Of a stretch of 64,000 nucleotides of DNA, positions 1 to 12,800 are shown piece by piece. The first letter of the stretch is position 1, and each line of letters starts with the position of its first letter. Location of the stretch: the NCBI GenBank assembly GCA_043228905.1, contig JBHGNT010000035.1, positions 223,327 through 287,326 on the forward strand. The letters are read 5' to 3'. Position numbers and translations under genes: made by a program. Origin of the DNA: Azolla caroliniana (taxonomy: Eukaryota > Plantae > Polypodiophyta). Under the pieces are notes generated by a model. It searched no databases, was not told the DNA's origin, and saw only the letters and a program-made list of their open reading frames with translations.

Positions 1-2136
1 GCCAGATATGAACATTTTAATTTACCTACTTGCTCTTGTCAACTCCCACCTCAAATTTGCTAATTTCTTCATGTCGCTCGACCTGAGTTTTAAAATCTTG
101 ATTTTTTAATTCCATATCATAGCTAGCGTTGTTAGCTTCAATTCGCATGTTTGAACACAGAAATCCGATATCACACGAGCCAGATATGAACATTTTAATT
201 TACCTACTTGCTCTTGTCAACTCCCACCTCAAATTTGCTAATTTCTTCATGTCGCTCGACCTGATTTTTAAGATTTTGATTTTTTAATTCCATATCATAG
301 CTAGCGTTGTTAGCTTCAATTCGCATGTTTGAACACAGAAATCCGATATCACACGAGCCAGATATGAACATTTTAATTTACCTACTTACTCTTGTCAACT
401 CCTACCTCAAATTTGCTAATTTCTTCATGTCTCTCGACGTGAGTGTCCAAATCTTGATTTTTTAATTCCATATCATAGCAAGCGTTGTTAGCTTCAATTC
501 GCACGTTTGAACACAGAAATCCGATATCACACGAGCTAGATATGAACATTTTAATTTACCTACTTGCTCTTGTCAACTCCCACCTCAAATTTGCTAATTT
601 CTTCATGTCGCTCGACCTGATTTTTAAAATCTTGATTTTTTAATTCCATATCATAGCTAGCGTTGTTAGCTTCAATTCGCATGTTTGAACACAGAAATCC
701 GATATCACACGAGCCAGATATGAACATTTTAATTTACCTACTTGCTCTTGTCAACTCCCACCTCAAATTTGCTAATTTCTTCATGTCGCTCGACCTGATT
801 TTTAAAATTTTGATTTCTTAATTCCATATCATAGCTAGCGTTGTTAGCTTCGATTCGCATGTTTGAACACAAAAATCCGATATCACACGAGCCAGATATG
901 AACATTTTAATTTACTAACGCGTTGTTCTAAACTCCCGCCTCAAATTTGCTAATTTCTTCATGTCTCTCGACGTGACTGTCCAAATTTTGATTTTTTAAT
1001 TCCATATCATAGCAAGCGTTGTTAGCTTCAATTCGCATGTTTGAACACAGAAATCCGATATCACACGAGCCAGATATGAACATTTTCATTTACCTACTTA
1101 CTCTTGTCAACTCCTACCTCAAATTTGCTAATTTCTTCATGTCTCTCGACGTGAGTGTCCAAATCTTGATTTTTTAATTCCATATCATAGCAAGCGTTGT
1201 TAGCTTCAATTCGCACGTTTGAACACAGAAATCCGATATCACACGAGCTAGATATGAACATTTTATTTTACCTACTTGCTCTTGTCAACTCCCACCTCAA
1301 ATTTGCTAATTTCTTCATGTCGCTCGACCTGATTTTTAAAATCTTGATTTTTTAATTCCATATCATAGCTAGCGTTGTTAGCTTCAATTCGCATGTTTGA
1401 ACACAGAAATCCGATATCACACGAGCTAGATATGAACATTTTAATTTACCTACTTGCTCTTGTCAACTCCCACCTCAAATTTGCTAATTTCTTCATGTCG
1501 CTCGACCTAATTTTTAAAATTTTGATTTTTTAATTCCATATCATAGCTAGCGTTGTTAGCTTCGATTCGCATGTTTGAACACAAAAATCCGATATCACAC
1601 GAGCCAGATATGAACATTTTAATTTACTAACGCGTTGTTCTAAACTCCCGCCTCAAATTTGCTAATTTCTTCATGTCTCTCGACGTGAGTGTCCAAATTT
1701 TGATTTTTTAATTCCATATCATAGCAAGCGTTGTTAGCTTCAATTCGCATGTTTGAACACAGAAATCCGATATCACACGAGCCAGATATGAACATTTTAA
1801 TTTACCTACTTGCTCTTGTCAACTCCCACCTCAAATTTGCTAATTTCTTCATGTCGCTCGACCTGAGTTTTAAAATCTTGATTTTTTAATTCCATATCAT
1901 AGCTAGCGTTGTTAGCTTCAATTCGCATGTTTGAACACAGAAATCCGATATCACACGAGCCAGATATGAACATTTTAATTTACCTACTTGCTCTTGTCAA
2001 CTCCGACCTCAAATTTGCTAATTTCTTCATGTCGCTCGACCTGATTTTTAAAATTTTGATTTTTTAATTCCATATCATAGCTAGCGTTGTTAGCTTCAAT
2101 TCGCATGTTTGAACACAGAAATCCGATATCACACGA

Positions 2137-5100
2137 GCCAGATATGAACATTTTAATTTACCTACTTACTCTTGTCAACTCCTACCTCAAATTTGCTAAT
2201 TTCTTCATGTCTCTCGACGTGAGTGTCCAAATCTTGATTTTTTAATTCCATATCATAGCAAGCGTTGTTAGCTTCAATTCGCACGTTTGAACACAGAAAT
2301 CCGATATCACACGAGCCAGATATGAACATTTTAATTTACTAACGCGTTGTTCTAAACTCCCGCCTCAAATTTGCTAATTTCTTCATGTCTCTCGACGTGA
2401 GTGTCCAAATTTTGATTTTTTAATTCCATATCATAGCAAGCGTTGTTAGCTTCAATTCGCATGTTTGAACACAGAAATCCGATATCACACGAGCCAGATA
2501 TGAACATTTTAATTTACCTACTTGCTCTTGTCAACTCCCACCTCAAATTTGCTAATTTCTTCATGTCGCTCGACCTGAGTTTTAAAATCTTGATTTTTTA
2601 ATTCCATATCATAGCTAGCGTTGTTAGCTTCAATTCGCATGTTTGAACACAGAAATCCGATATCACACGAGCCAGATATGAACATTTTAATTTACCTACT
2701 TGCTCTTGTCAACTCCCACCTCAAATTTGCTAATTTCTTCATGTCGCTCGACCTGATTTTTAAAATTTTGATTTTTTAATTCCATATCATAGCTAGCGTT
2801 GTTAGCTTCGATTCGCACGTTTGAACACAAAAATCCGATATCACACGAGCCAGATATGAACATTTTAATTTACCTACTTACTCTTGTCAACTCTTGGTTC
2901 AAATTTGCTAATTTCTTCATGTCTCTCGACGTGAGTGTCCAAATCTTGATTTTTTAATTCCATATCATAGCAAGCGTTGTTAGCTTCAATTCGCATGTTT
3001 GAACACAAAAATCCGATTTTACACGAGCCAAATATGAACATTTTAATTTACTAACGCGTTGTTCTAAACTCCCTCCTCAAATTTGCTAATTTCTTCATGT
3101 CTCTCGACCTCCGTTTGAAAATCTTGATTTTTTAATTCCATATCATAGCTAGTTTTGTTAGTTTCGATTCGCATGTTTGAACACAAAAATCCGATTTTAC
3201 ACGAGCCAAATATGAACATTTTAATTTACTAACGTGTTGTTCTAAACTCCCTCCTCAAATTTGCTAATTTCTTCATGTCTCTCGACGTGGGTTTCAAAAT
3301 CTTGACTTTTTAATTCCATATCCTAGCAAGCGTTCTTAGCTTCGATTCGCATGTTTGAACACAGAAATCCAATATCACAGGAGCCAGATATGAACATTTT
3401 AATTTACCTACTTGCTCTTGTCAACTCCCGCCTCAATATTGCTAATTTCTTCATGTCTCTCGACGTGAGTGTCCAAATCTTTATTTTTTAATTCCATATC
3501 ATAGCAAGCGTTGTTAGCTTCAATTCGCATGTTTGAACACCGAAATCCGATATCACACGAGCCAGATATGAACATTTTAATTTACCTACTTGCTCTTGTC
3601 AACTCCCACCTCAAATTTGCTGATTTCTTCATGTTGTTCGACCTGATTTTTAAAACCTTGATTTTTTAATTCCATATCATAGCTAGCGTTGTTAGCTTCG
3701 ATTCGCATGTTTGAACACAAAAATCCGATATCACACGAGCCAGATATGAACATTTTAATTTACCTACTTACTCTTGTCAACTCCTGCCTCAAATTTGCTA
3801 ATTTCTTCATGTCTCTCGACGTGAGTGTCCAAATCTTGATTTTTTAATTCCATATCATAGCAAGCGTTGTTAGCTTCAATTCGCATGTTTGAACACCGAA
3901 ATCCGATATCACACGAGCCAGATATGAACATTTTAATTTACCTACTTGCTCTTGTCAACTCCCACCTCAAATTTGCTGATTTCTTCATGTTGTTCGACCT
4001 GATTTTTAAAACCTTGATTTTTTAATTCCATATCATAGCTAGCGTTGTTAGCTTCGATTCGCATGTTTGAACACAAAAATCCGATATCACACGAGCCAGA
4101 TATGAACATTTTAATTTACCTACTTACTCTTGTCAACTCCTACCTCAAATTTGCTAATTTCTTCATGTCTCTCGACGTGAGTGTCCAAATCTTGATTTTT
4201 TAATTCCATATCATAGCAAGCGTTGTTAGCTTCAATTCGCACGTTTGAACACAGAAATCCGATATCACACGAGCCAGATATGAACATTTTAATTTACTAA
4301 CGCGTTGTTCTAAACTCCCGCCTCAAATTTGCTAATTTCTTCATGTCTCTCGACGTGAGTGTCCAAATTTTGATTTTTTAATTCCATATCATAGCAAGCG
4401 TTGTTAGCTTCAATTCGCATGTTTGAACACAGAAATCCGATATCACACGAGCCAGATATGAACATTTTAATTTACCTACTTGCTCTTGTCAACTCCCACC
4501 TCAAATTTGCTAATTTCTTCATGTCGCTCGACCTGAGTTTTAAAATCTTGATTTTTTAATTCCATATCATAGCTAGCGTTGTTAGCTTCAATTCGCATGT
4601 TTGAACACAGAAATCCGATATCACACGAGCCAGATATGAACATTTTAATTTACCTACTTGCTCTTGTCAACTCCCACCTCAAATTTGCTAATTTCTTCAT
4701 GTCGCTCGACCTGATTTTTAAAATTTTGATTTTTTAATTCCATATCATAGCTAGCGTTGTTAGCTTCGATTCGCACGTTTGAACACAAAAATCCGATATC
4801 ACACGAGCCAGATATGAACATTTTAATTTACCTACTTACTCTTGTCAACTCTTGGTTCAAATTTGCTAATTTCTTCATGTCTCTCGACGTGAGTGTCCAA
4901 ATCTTGATTTTTTAATTCCATATCATAGCAAGCGTTGTTAGCTTCAATTCGCATGTTTGAACACAAAAATCCGATTTTACACGAGCCAAATATGAACATT
5001 TTAATTTACTAACGCGTTGTTCTAAACTCCCTCCTCAAATTTGCTAATTTCTTCATGTCTCTCGACCTCCGTTTGAAAATCTTGATTTTTTAATTCCATA

Positions 5101-6052
5101 TCATAGCTAGTTTTGTTAGTTTCGATTCGCATGTTTGAACACAAAAATCCGATTTTACACGAGCCAAATATGAACATTTTAATTTACTAACGTGTTGTTC
5201 TAAACTCCCTCCTCAAATTTGCTAATTTCTTCATGTCTCTCGACGTGGGTTTCAAAATCTTGACTTTTTAATTCCATATCCTAGCAAGCGTTCTTAGCTT
5301 CGATTCGCATGTTTGAACACAGAAATCCAATATCACAGGAGCCAGATATGAACATTTTAATTTACCTACTTGCTCTTGTCAACTCCCGCCTCAATATTGC
5401 TAATTTCTTCATGTCTCTCGACGTGAGTGTCCAAATCTTTATTTTTTAATTCCATATCATAGCAAGCGTTGTTAGCTTCAATTCGCATGTTTGAACACCG
5501 AAATCCGATATCACACGAGCCAGATATGAACATTTTAATTTACCTACTTGCTCTTGTCAACTCCCACCTCAAATTTGCTGATTTCTTCATGTTGTTCGAC
5601 CTGATTTTTAAAACCTTGATTTTTTAATTCCATATCATAGCTAGCGTTGTTAGCTTCGATTCGCATGTTTGAACACAAAAATCCGATATCACACGAGCCA
5701 GATATGAACATTTTAATTTACCTACTTACTCTTGTCAACTCCTGCCTCAAATTTGCTAATTTCTTCATGTCTCTCGACGTGAGTGTCCAAATCTTGATTT
5801 TTTAATTCCATATCATAGCAAGCGTTGTTAGCTTCAATTCGCATGTTTGAACACCGAAATCCGATATCACACGAGCCAGATATGAACATTTTAATTTACC
5901 TACTTGCTCTTGTCAACTCCCACCTCAAATTTGCTGATTTCTTCATGTTGTTCGACCTGATTTTTAAAACCTTGATTTTTTAATTCCATATCATAGCTAG
6001 CGTTGTTAGCTTCGATTCGCATGTTTGAACACAAAAATCCGATATCACACGA
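2137..6052. repeat. Tandem duplication of an 11-monomer block (1958 bp x2); boundaries approximate
   Basis: The rare variant CTTGGTTC is at 2893 and 4851, and CCGTTTG is at 3111 and 5069. Both offsets are 1958 = 11x178. CAATATTG and GCTGATTT variants repeat at the same offset. Confidence 0.9.
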
Positions 6053-6408
6053 GCCAGATATGAACATTTTAATTTACCTACTTACTCTTGTCAACTCCTG
6101 CCTCAAATTTGCTAATTTCTTCATGTCTCTCGACGTGAGTGTCCAAATCTTGATTTTTTAATTCCATATCATAGCAAGCGTTGTTAGCTTCAATTCGCAT
6201 GTTTGAACACCGAAATCCGATATCACACGAGCCAGATATGAACATTTTAATTTACCTACTTGCTCTTGTCAACTCCCACCTCAAATTTGCTAATTTCTTC
6301 ATGTTGTTCGACCTGATTTTTAAAACCTTGATTTTTTAATTCCATATCATAGCTAGCGTTGTTAGCTTCGATTCGCATGTTTGAACACAAAAATCCGATA
6401 TCACACGA

Positions 6409-6842
6409 GCCAGATATGAACATTTTAATTTACCTACTTACTCTTGTCAACTCCTGCCTCAAATTAATTCCATATCATAGCTAGCGTTGATAGCTTCAAT
6501 TCGCATGTTTGAACACAGAAATCCGATATCACACGAGCCAGATATGAACATTTTAATTTACCTACTTGCTCTTGTCAACTCCCACCTCAAATTTGCTAAT
6601 TTCTTCATGTCGCTCGACCTGAGTTTTAAAATATTGATTTTTTAATTCCATATCATAGCTAGCGTTGTTAGCTTCGATTCGCATGTTTGAACACAAAAAT
6701 CCGATATCACACGAGCCAGATATGAACATTTTAATTTACCTACTTACTCTTGTCAACTCCTGCCTCAAATTAATTCCATATCATAGCAAGCGTTGTTAGC
6801 TTCAATTCGCATGTTTGAACACAGAAATCCGATATCACACGA
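6409..6842. repeat. Isolated short-long-short triplet (128+178+128 bp)
   Basis: Monomer starts are 6409, 6537, 6715 and 6843. The junction CTCAAATTAATTCCAT replaces monomer positions ~58-107. Confidence 0.95.
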
Positions 6843-9800
6843 GCCAGATATGAACATTTTAATTTACCTACTTGCTCTTGTCAACTCCCACCTCAAATTT
6901 GCTAATTTCTTCATGTCTCTCGACGTGGGTTTCAAAATCTTGACTTTTTAATTCCATATCCTAGCAAGCGTTCTTAGCTTCGATTCGCATGTTTGAACAC
7001 AGAAATCCAATATCACAGGAGCCAGATATGAACATTTTAATTTACCTACTTGCTCTTGTCAACTCCCGCCTCAAATTTGCTAATTTCTTCATGTCTCTCG
7101 ACGTGAGTGTCCAAATCTTTATTTTTTAATTCCATATCATAGCAAGCGTTGTTAGCTTCAATTCGCATGTTTGAACACAGAAATCCGATATCACACGAGC
7201 CAGATATGAACATTTTAATTTACCTACTTGCTCTTGTCAACTCTCACCTCAAATTTGCTAATTTCTTCATGTCTCTCGACGTGGGTTTCAAAATCTTGAC
7301 TTTTTATTTCCATATCATAACAAGCGTTGTTAGCTTCAATTCGCATGTTTGAACACAGAAATCCGATATCACACGAGCCAGATATGAACATTTTAATTTA
7401 CCTAGTTGCTCTTGTCAACTCCCACCTCAAATTTGCTAATTTCTTCATGTCGCTCGACCTGATTTTTAAATTCTTGATTTTTTAATTCCATCTCATAGCT
7501 AGCGTTGTTAGCTTTAATTCGCATGTTTGAACACAAAAATCCGATATCACACGAGCCAGATATGAACATTTTAATTTACCTACTTACTCTTGTCAACTCC
7601 TGCCTCAAATTTGCTAATTTCTTCATGTCTCTCGACGTGAGTGTCGAAATCTTGATTTTTTAATTCCATATCATAGCAAGCGTTGTTAGCTTCAATTCGC
7701 ATGTTTGAACACAGAAATCCGATATCACACGAGCCAGATATGAACATTTTAATTTACCTACTTGCTCTTGTCAACTCCCACCTCAAATTTGCTAATTTCT
7801 TCATGTCGCTCGACCTGAGTTTTAAAATCTTGATTTTTTAATTCCATATCATAGCTAGCGTTGTTAGCTTCAATTCGCATGTTTGAACATAGAAATCCGA
7901 TATCACACGAGCCAGATATGAACATTTTAATTTACCTACTTGCTCTTGTCAACTCCCACCTCCAATTTGCTAATTTCTTCATGTCGCTCGACCTGATTTT
8001 TAAAACCTTGATTTTTTAATTCCATATCATAGCTAGCGTTGTTAGCTACGATTCGCAGGTTTGAACACAAAAATCCGATATCACACGAGCCAGATATGAA
8101 CATTTTAATTTACCTACTTACTCTTGTCAACTCCTGCCTCAAATTTGCTAATTTCTTCATGTCTCTCGACTTGAGTGTCCAGATCTTGATTTTTTAATTC
8201 CATATCATAGCAAGCGTTGTTAGCTTCAATTCGCATGTTTGAACACAGAAATACGATATCACACGAGCCAGATATGAACATTTTAATTTACCTACTTGCT
8301 CTTGTCAACTCCCACCTCAAATTTGCTAATTTCTTCATGTCGCTCGACCTGAGATTTAAAATCTTGATTTTTTAATTCCATATCATAGCTAGCGTTGTTA
8401 GCTTCGATTCGCATGTTTGAACACAGAAATCCGATATCACACGAGCTAGATATGAACATTTTAATTTACCTACTTGCTCTTGTCAACTCCCACCTCAAAT
8501 TTGCTAATTTCTTCATGTCGCTGGACCTGATTTTTAAAATCTTGATTTTTTAATTCCATATCATAGCTAGCGTTGTTAGCTTCTATTCGCATGTTTGAAC
8601 ACAGAAATACGATATCACACGAGCCAGATATGAACATTTTAATTTACCTACTTGCTCTTGTCAACTCCCACCTCAAATTTGCTAATTTCTTCATGTCGCT
8701 CGACCTGAGTTTTAAAATCTTGATTTTTTAATTCCATATCATAGCTAGCGTTGTTAGCTTCAATTCGCATGTTTGAACACAGAAATCCGATATCACACGA
8801 GCTAGATATGAACATTTTAATTTACCTACTTGCTCTTGTCAACTCCCACCTCAAATTTGCTAATTTCTTCATGTCGCTGGACCTGATTTTTAAAATTTTG
8901 ATTTTTTAATTCCATATCATAGCTAGCGTTGTTAGCTTCGATTCGCATGTTTGAACACAAAAATCCGATATCACACGAGCCAGATATGAACATTTTAATT
9001 TACCTACTTACTCTTGTCAACTCCTACCTCAAATTTGCTAATTTCTTCATGTCTCTCGACGTGAGTGTCCAAATCTTGATTTTTTAATTCCATATCATAG
9101 CAAGCGTTGTTAGCTTCAATTCGCACGTTTGAACACAGAAATCCGATATCACACGAGCCAGATATGAACATTTTAATTTACTAACGCGTTGTTCTAAACT
9201 CCCGCCTCAAATTTGCTAATTTCTTCATGTCTCTCGACGTGAGTGTCCAAATTTTGATTTTTTAATTCCATATCATAGCAAGCGTTGTTAGCTTCAATTT
9301 GCATGTTTGAACACAGAAATCCGATATCACACGAGCCAGATATGAACATTTTAATTTACCTACTTGCTCTTGTCAACTCCCACCTCAAATTTGCTAATTT
9401 CTTCATGTCGCTCGACCTGAGTTTTAAAATCTTGATTTTTTAATTCCATATCATAGCTAGCGTTGTTAGCTTCAATTCGCATGTTTGAACACAGAAATCC
9501 GATATCACACGAGCCAGATATGAACATTTTAATTTACCTACTTGCTCTTGTCAACTCCCACCTCAAATTTGCTAATTTCTTCATGTCGCTCGACCTGATT
9601 TTTAAAATTTTGATTTTTTAATTCCATATCATAGCTAGCGTTGTTAGCTTCGATTCGCACGTTTGAACACAAAAATCCGATATCACACGAGCCAGATATG
9701 AACATTTTAATTTACCTACTTACTCTTGTCAACTCTTGGTTCAAATTTGCTAATTTCTTCATGTCTCTCGACGTGAGTGTCCAAATCTTGATTTTTTAAT

Positions 9801-12800
9801 TCCATATCATAGCAAGCGTTGTTAGCTTCAATTCGCATGTTTGAACACAAAAATCCGATTTTACACGAGCCAAATATGAACATTTTAATTTACTAACGCG
9901 TTGTTCTAAACTCCCTCCTCAAATTTGCTAATTTCTTCATGTCTCTCGACCTCCGTTTGAAAATCTTGATTTTTTAATTCCATATCATAGCTAGTTTTGT
10001 TAGTTTCGATTCGCATGTTTGAACACAAAAATCCGATTTTACACGAGCCAAATATGAACATTTTAATTTACTAACGTGTTGTTCTAAACTCCCTCCTCAA
10101 ATTTGCTAATTTCTTCATGTCTCTCGACGTGGGTTTCAAAATCTTGACTTTTTAATTCCATATCCTAGCAAGCGTTCTTAGCTTCGATTCGCATGTTTGA
10201 ACACAGAAATCCAATATCACAGGAGCCAGATATGAACATTTTAATTTACCTACTTGCTCTTGTCAACTCCCGCCTCAAATTTGCTAATTTCTTCATGTCT
10301 CTCGACGTGAGTGTCCAAATCTTTATTTTTTAATTCCATATCATAGCAAGCGTTGTTAGCTTCAATTCGCACGTTTGAACACAGAAATCCGATATCACAC
10401 GAGCTAGATATGAACATTTTAATTTACCTACTTGCTCTTGTCAACTCCCACCTCAAATTTGCTAATTTCTTCATGTCGCTCGACCTGATTTTTAAAATCT
10501 TGATTTTTTAATTCCATATCATAGCTAGCGTTGTTAGCTTCAATTCGCATGTTTGAACACAGAAATCCGATATCACACGAGCCAGATATGAACATTTTAA
10601 TTTACCTACTTGCTCTTGTCAACTCCCACCTCAAATTTGCTAATTTCTTCATGTCGCTCGACCTGATTCTTAAAATTGTGATTTTTTAATTCCATATCAT
10701 AGCTAGCGTTGTTAGCTTCGATTCGCATGTTTGAACACAAAAATCCGATATCACACGAGCCAGATATGAACATTTTAATTTACTAACGCGTTGTTCTAAA
10801 CTCCCGCCTCAAATTTGCTAATTTCTTCATGTCTCTCGACGTGAGTGTCCAAATTTTGATTTTTTAATTCCATATCATAGCAAGCGTTGTTAGCTTCAAT
10901 TCGCATGTTTGAACACAGAAATCCGATATCACACGAGCCAGATATGAACATTTTAATTTACCTACTTGCTCTTGTCAACTCCCACCTCAAATTTGCTAAT
11001 TTCTTCATGTCGCTCGACCTGAGTTTTAAAATCTTGATTTTTTAATTCCATATCATAGCTAGCGTTGTTAGCTTCAATTCGCATGTTTGAACACAGAAAT
11101 CCGATATCACACGAGCCAGATATGAACATTTTAATTTACCTACTTGCTCTTGTCAACTCCCACCTCAAATTTGCTAATTTCTTCATGTCGCTCGACCTGA
11201 TTTTTAAGATTTTGATTTTTTAATTCCATATCATAGCTAGCGTTGTTAGCTTCAATTCGCATGTTTGAACACAGAAATCCGATATCACACGAGCCAGATA
11301 TGAACATTTTAATTTACCTACTTACTCTTGTCAACTCCTACCTCAAATTTGCTAATTTCTTCATGTCTCTCGACGTGAGTGTCCAAATCTTGATTTTTTA
11401 ATTCCATATCATAGCAAGCGTTGTTAGCTTCAATTCGCACGTTTGAACACAGAAATCCGATATCACACGAGCTAGATGTGAACATTTTAATTTACCTACT
11501 TGCTCTTGTCAACTCCCACCTCAAATTTGCTAATTTCTTCATGTCGCTCGAACTGATTTTTAAAATCTTGATTTTTTAATTCCATATCATAGCTAGCGTT
11601 GTTAGCTTCAATTCGCATGTTTGAACACAGAAATCCGATATCACACGAGCCAGATATGAACATTTTAATTTACCTACTTGCTCTTGTCAACTCCCACCTC
11701 AAATTTGCTAATTTCTTCATGTCGCTCGACCTGATTTTTAAAATTTTGATTTTTTAATTCCATATCATAGCTAGCGTTGTTAGCTTCGATTCGCATGTTT
11801 GAACACAAAAATCCGATATCACACGAGCCAGATATGAACATTTTAATTTACTAACGCGTTGTTCTAAACTCCCGCCTCAAATTTGCTAATTTCTTCATGT
11901 CTCTCGACGTGAGTGACCAAATTTTGATTTTTTAATTCCATATCATAGCAAGCGTTGTTAGCTTCAATTCGCATGTTTGAACACAGAAATCCGATATCAC
12001 ACGAGCCAGATATGAACATTTTCATTTACCTACTTACTCTTGTCAACTCCTACCTCAAATTTGCTAATTTCTTCATGTCTCTCGACGTGAGTGTCCAAAT
12101 CTTGATTTTTTAATTCCATATCATAGCAAGCGTTGTTAGCTTCAATTCGCACGTTTGAACACAGAAATCCGATATCACACGAGCTAGATATGAACATTTT
12201 AATTTACCTACTTGCTCTTGTCAACTCCCACCTCAAATTTGCTAATTTCTTCATGTCGCTCGACCTGATTTTTAAAATCTTGATTTTTTAATTCCATATC
12301 ATAGCTAGCGTTGTTAGCTTCAATTCGCATGTTTGAACACAGAAATCCGATATCACACGAGCCAGATATGAACATTTTAATTTACCTACTTGCTCTTGTC
12401 AACTCCCACCTCAAATTTGCTAATTTCTTCATGTCGCTCGACCTGATTTTTAAAATTTTGATTTTTTAATTCCATATCATAGCTAGCGTTGTTAGCTTCA
12501 ATTCGCATGTTTGAACACAGAAATCCGATATCACACGAGCCAGATATGAACATTTTAATTTACCTACTTGCTCTTGTCAACTCCCACCTCAAATTTGCTA
12601 ATTTCTTCATGTCGCTCGACCTGATTCTTAAAATTTTGATTTTTTAATTCCATATCATAGCTAGCGTTGTTAGCTTCGATTCGCATGTTTGAACACAAAA
12701 ATCCGATATCACACGAGCCAGATATGAACATTTTAATTTACTAACGCGTTGTTCTAAACTCCCGCCTCAAATTTGCTAATTTCTTCATGTCTCTCGACGT

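Noticed and set aside
121-158. Short dyads (AGCTAGC-GTT-GTTAGCT; TGTT-TG-AACA) as hairpins or terminators
   Set aside because: Stems are only 4-7 bp, expected by chance in AT-rich DNA, and the first is disrupted in class B monomers (GCAAGC).
1-178. Identity with Arabidopsis thaliana CEN178 or primate alpha satellite
   Set aside because: Only the length is similar. The sequence does not match my recollection of either consensus, and I saw no canonical CENP-B box (TTCG-N4-A-N2-CGGG). A database search is needed to settle family identity.
1-178. 5S rRNA, tRNA, snRNA or spliced-leader tandem gene array
   Set aside because: No recognisable 5S/tRNA sequence, Pol III A/B/C boxes or cloverleaf. Tolerance of a 50-bp internal deletion also argues against a structured RNA gene.
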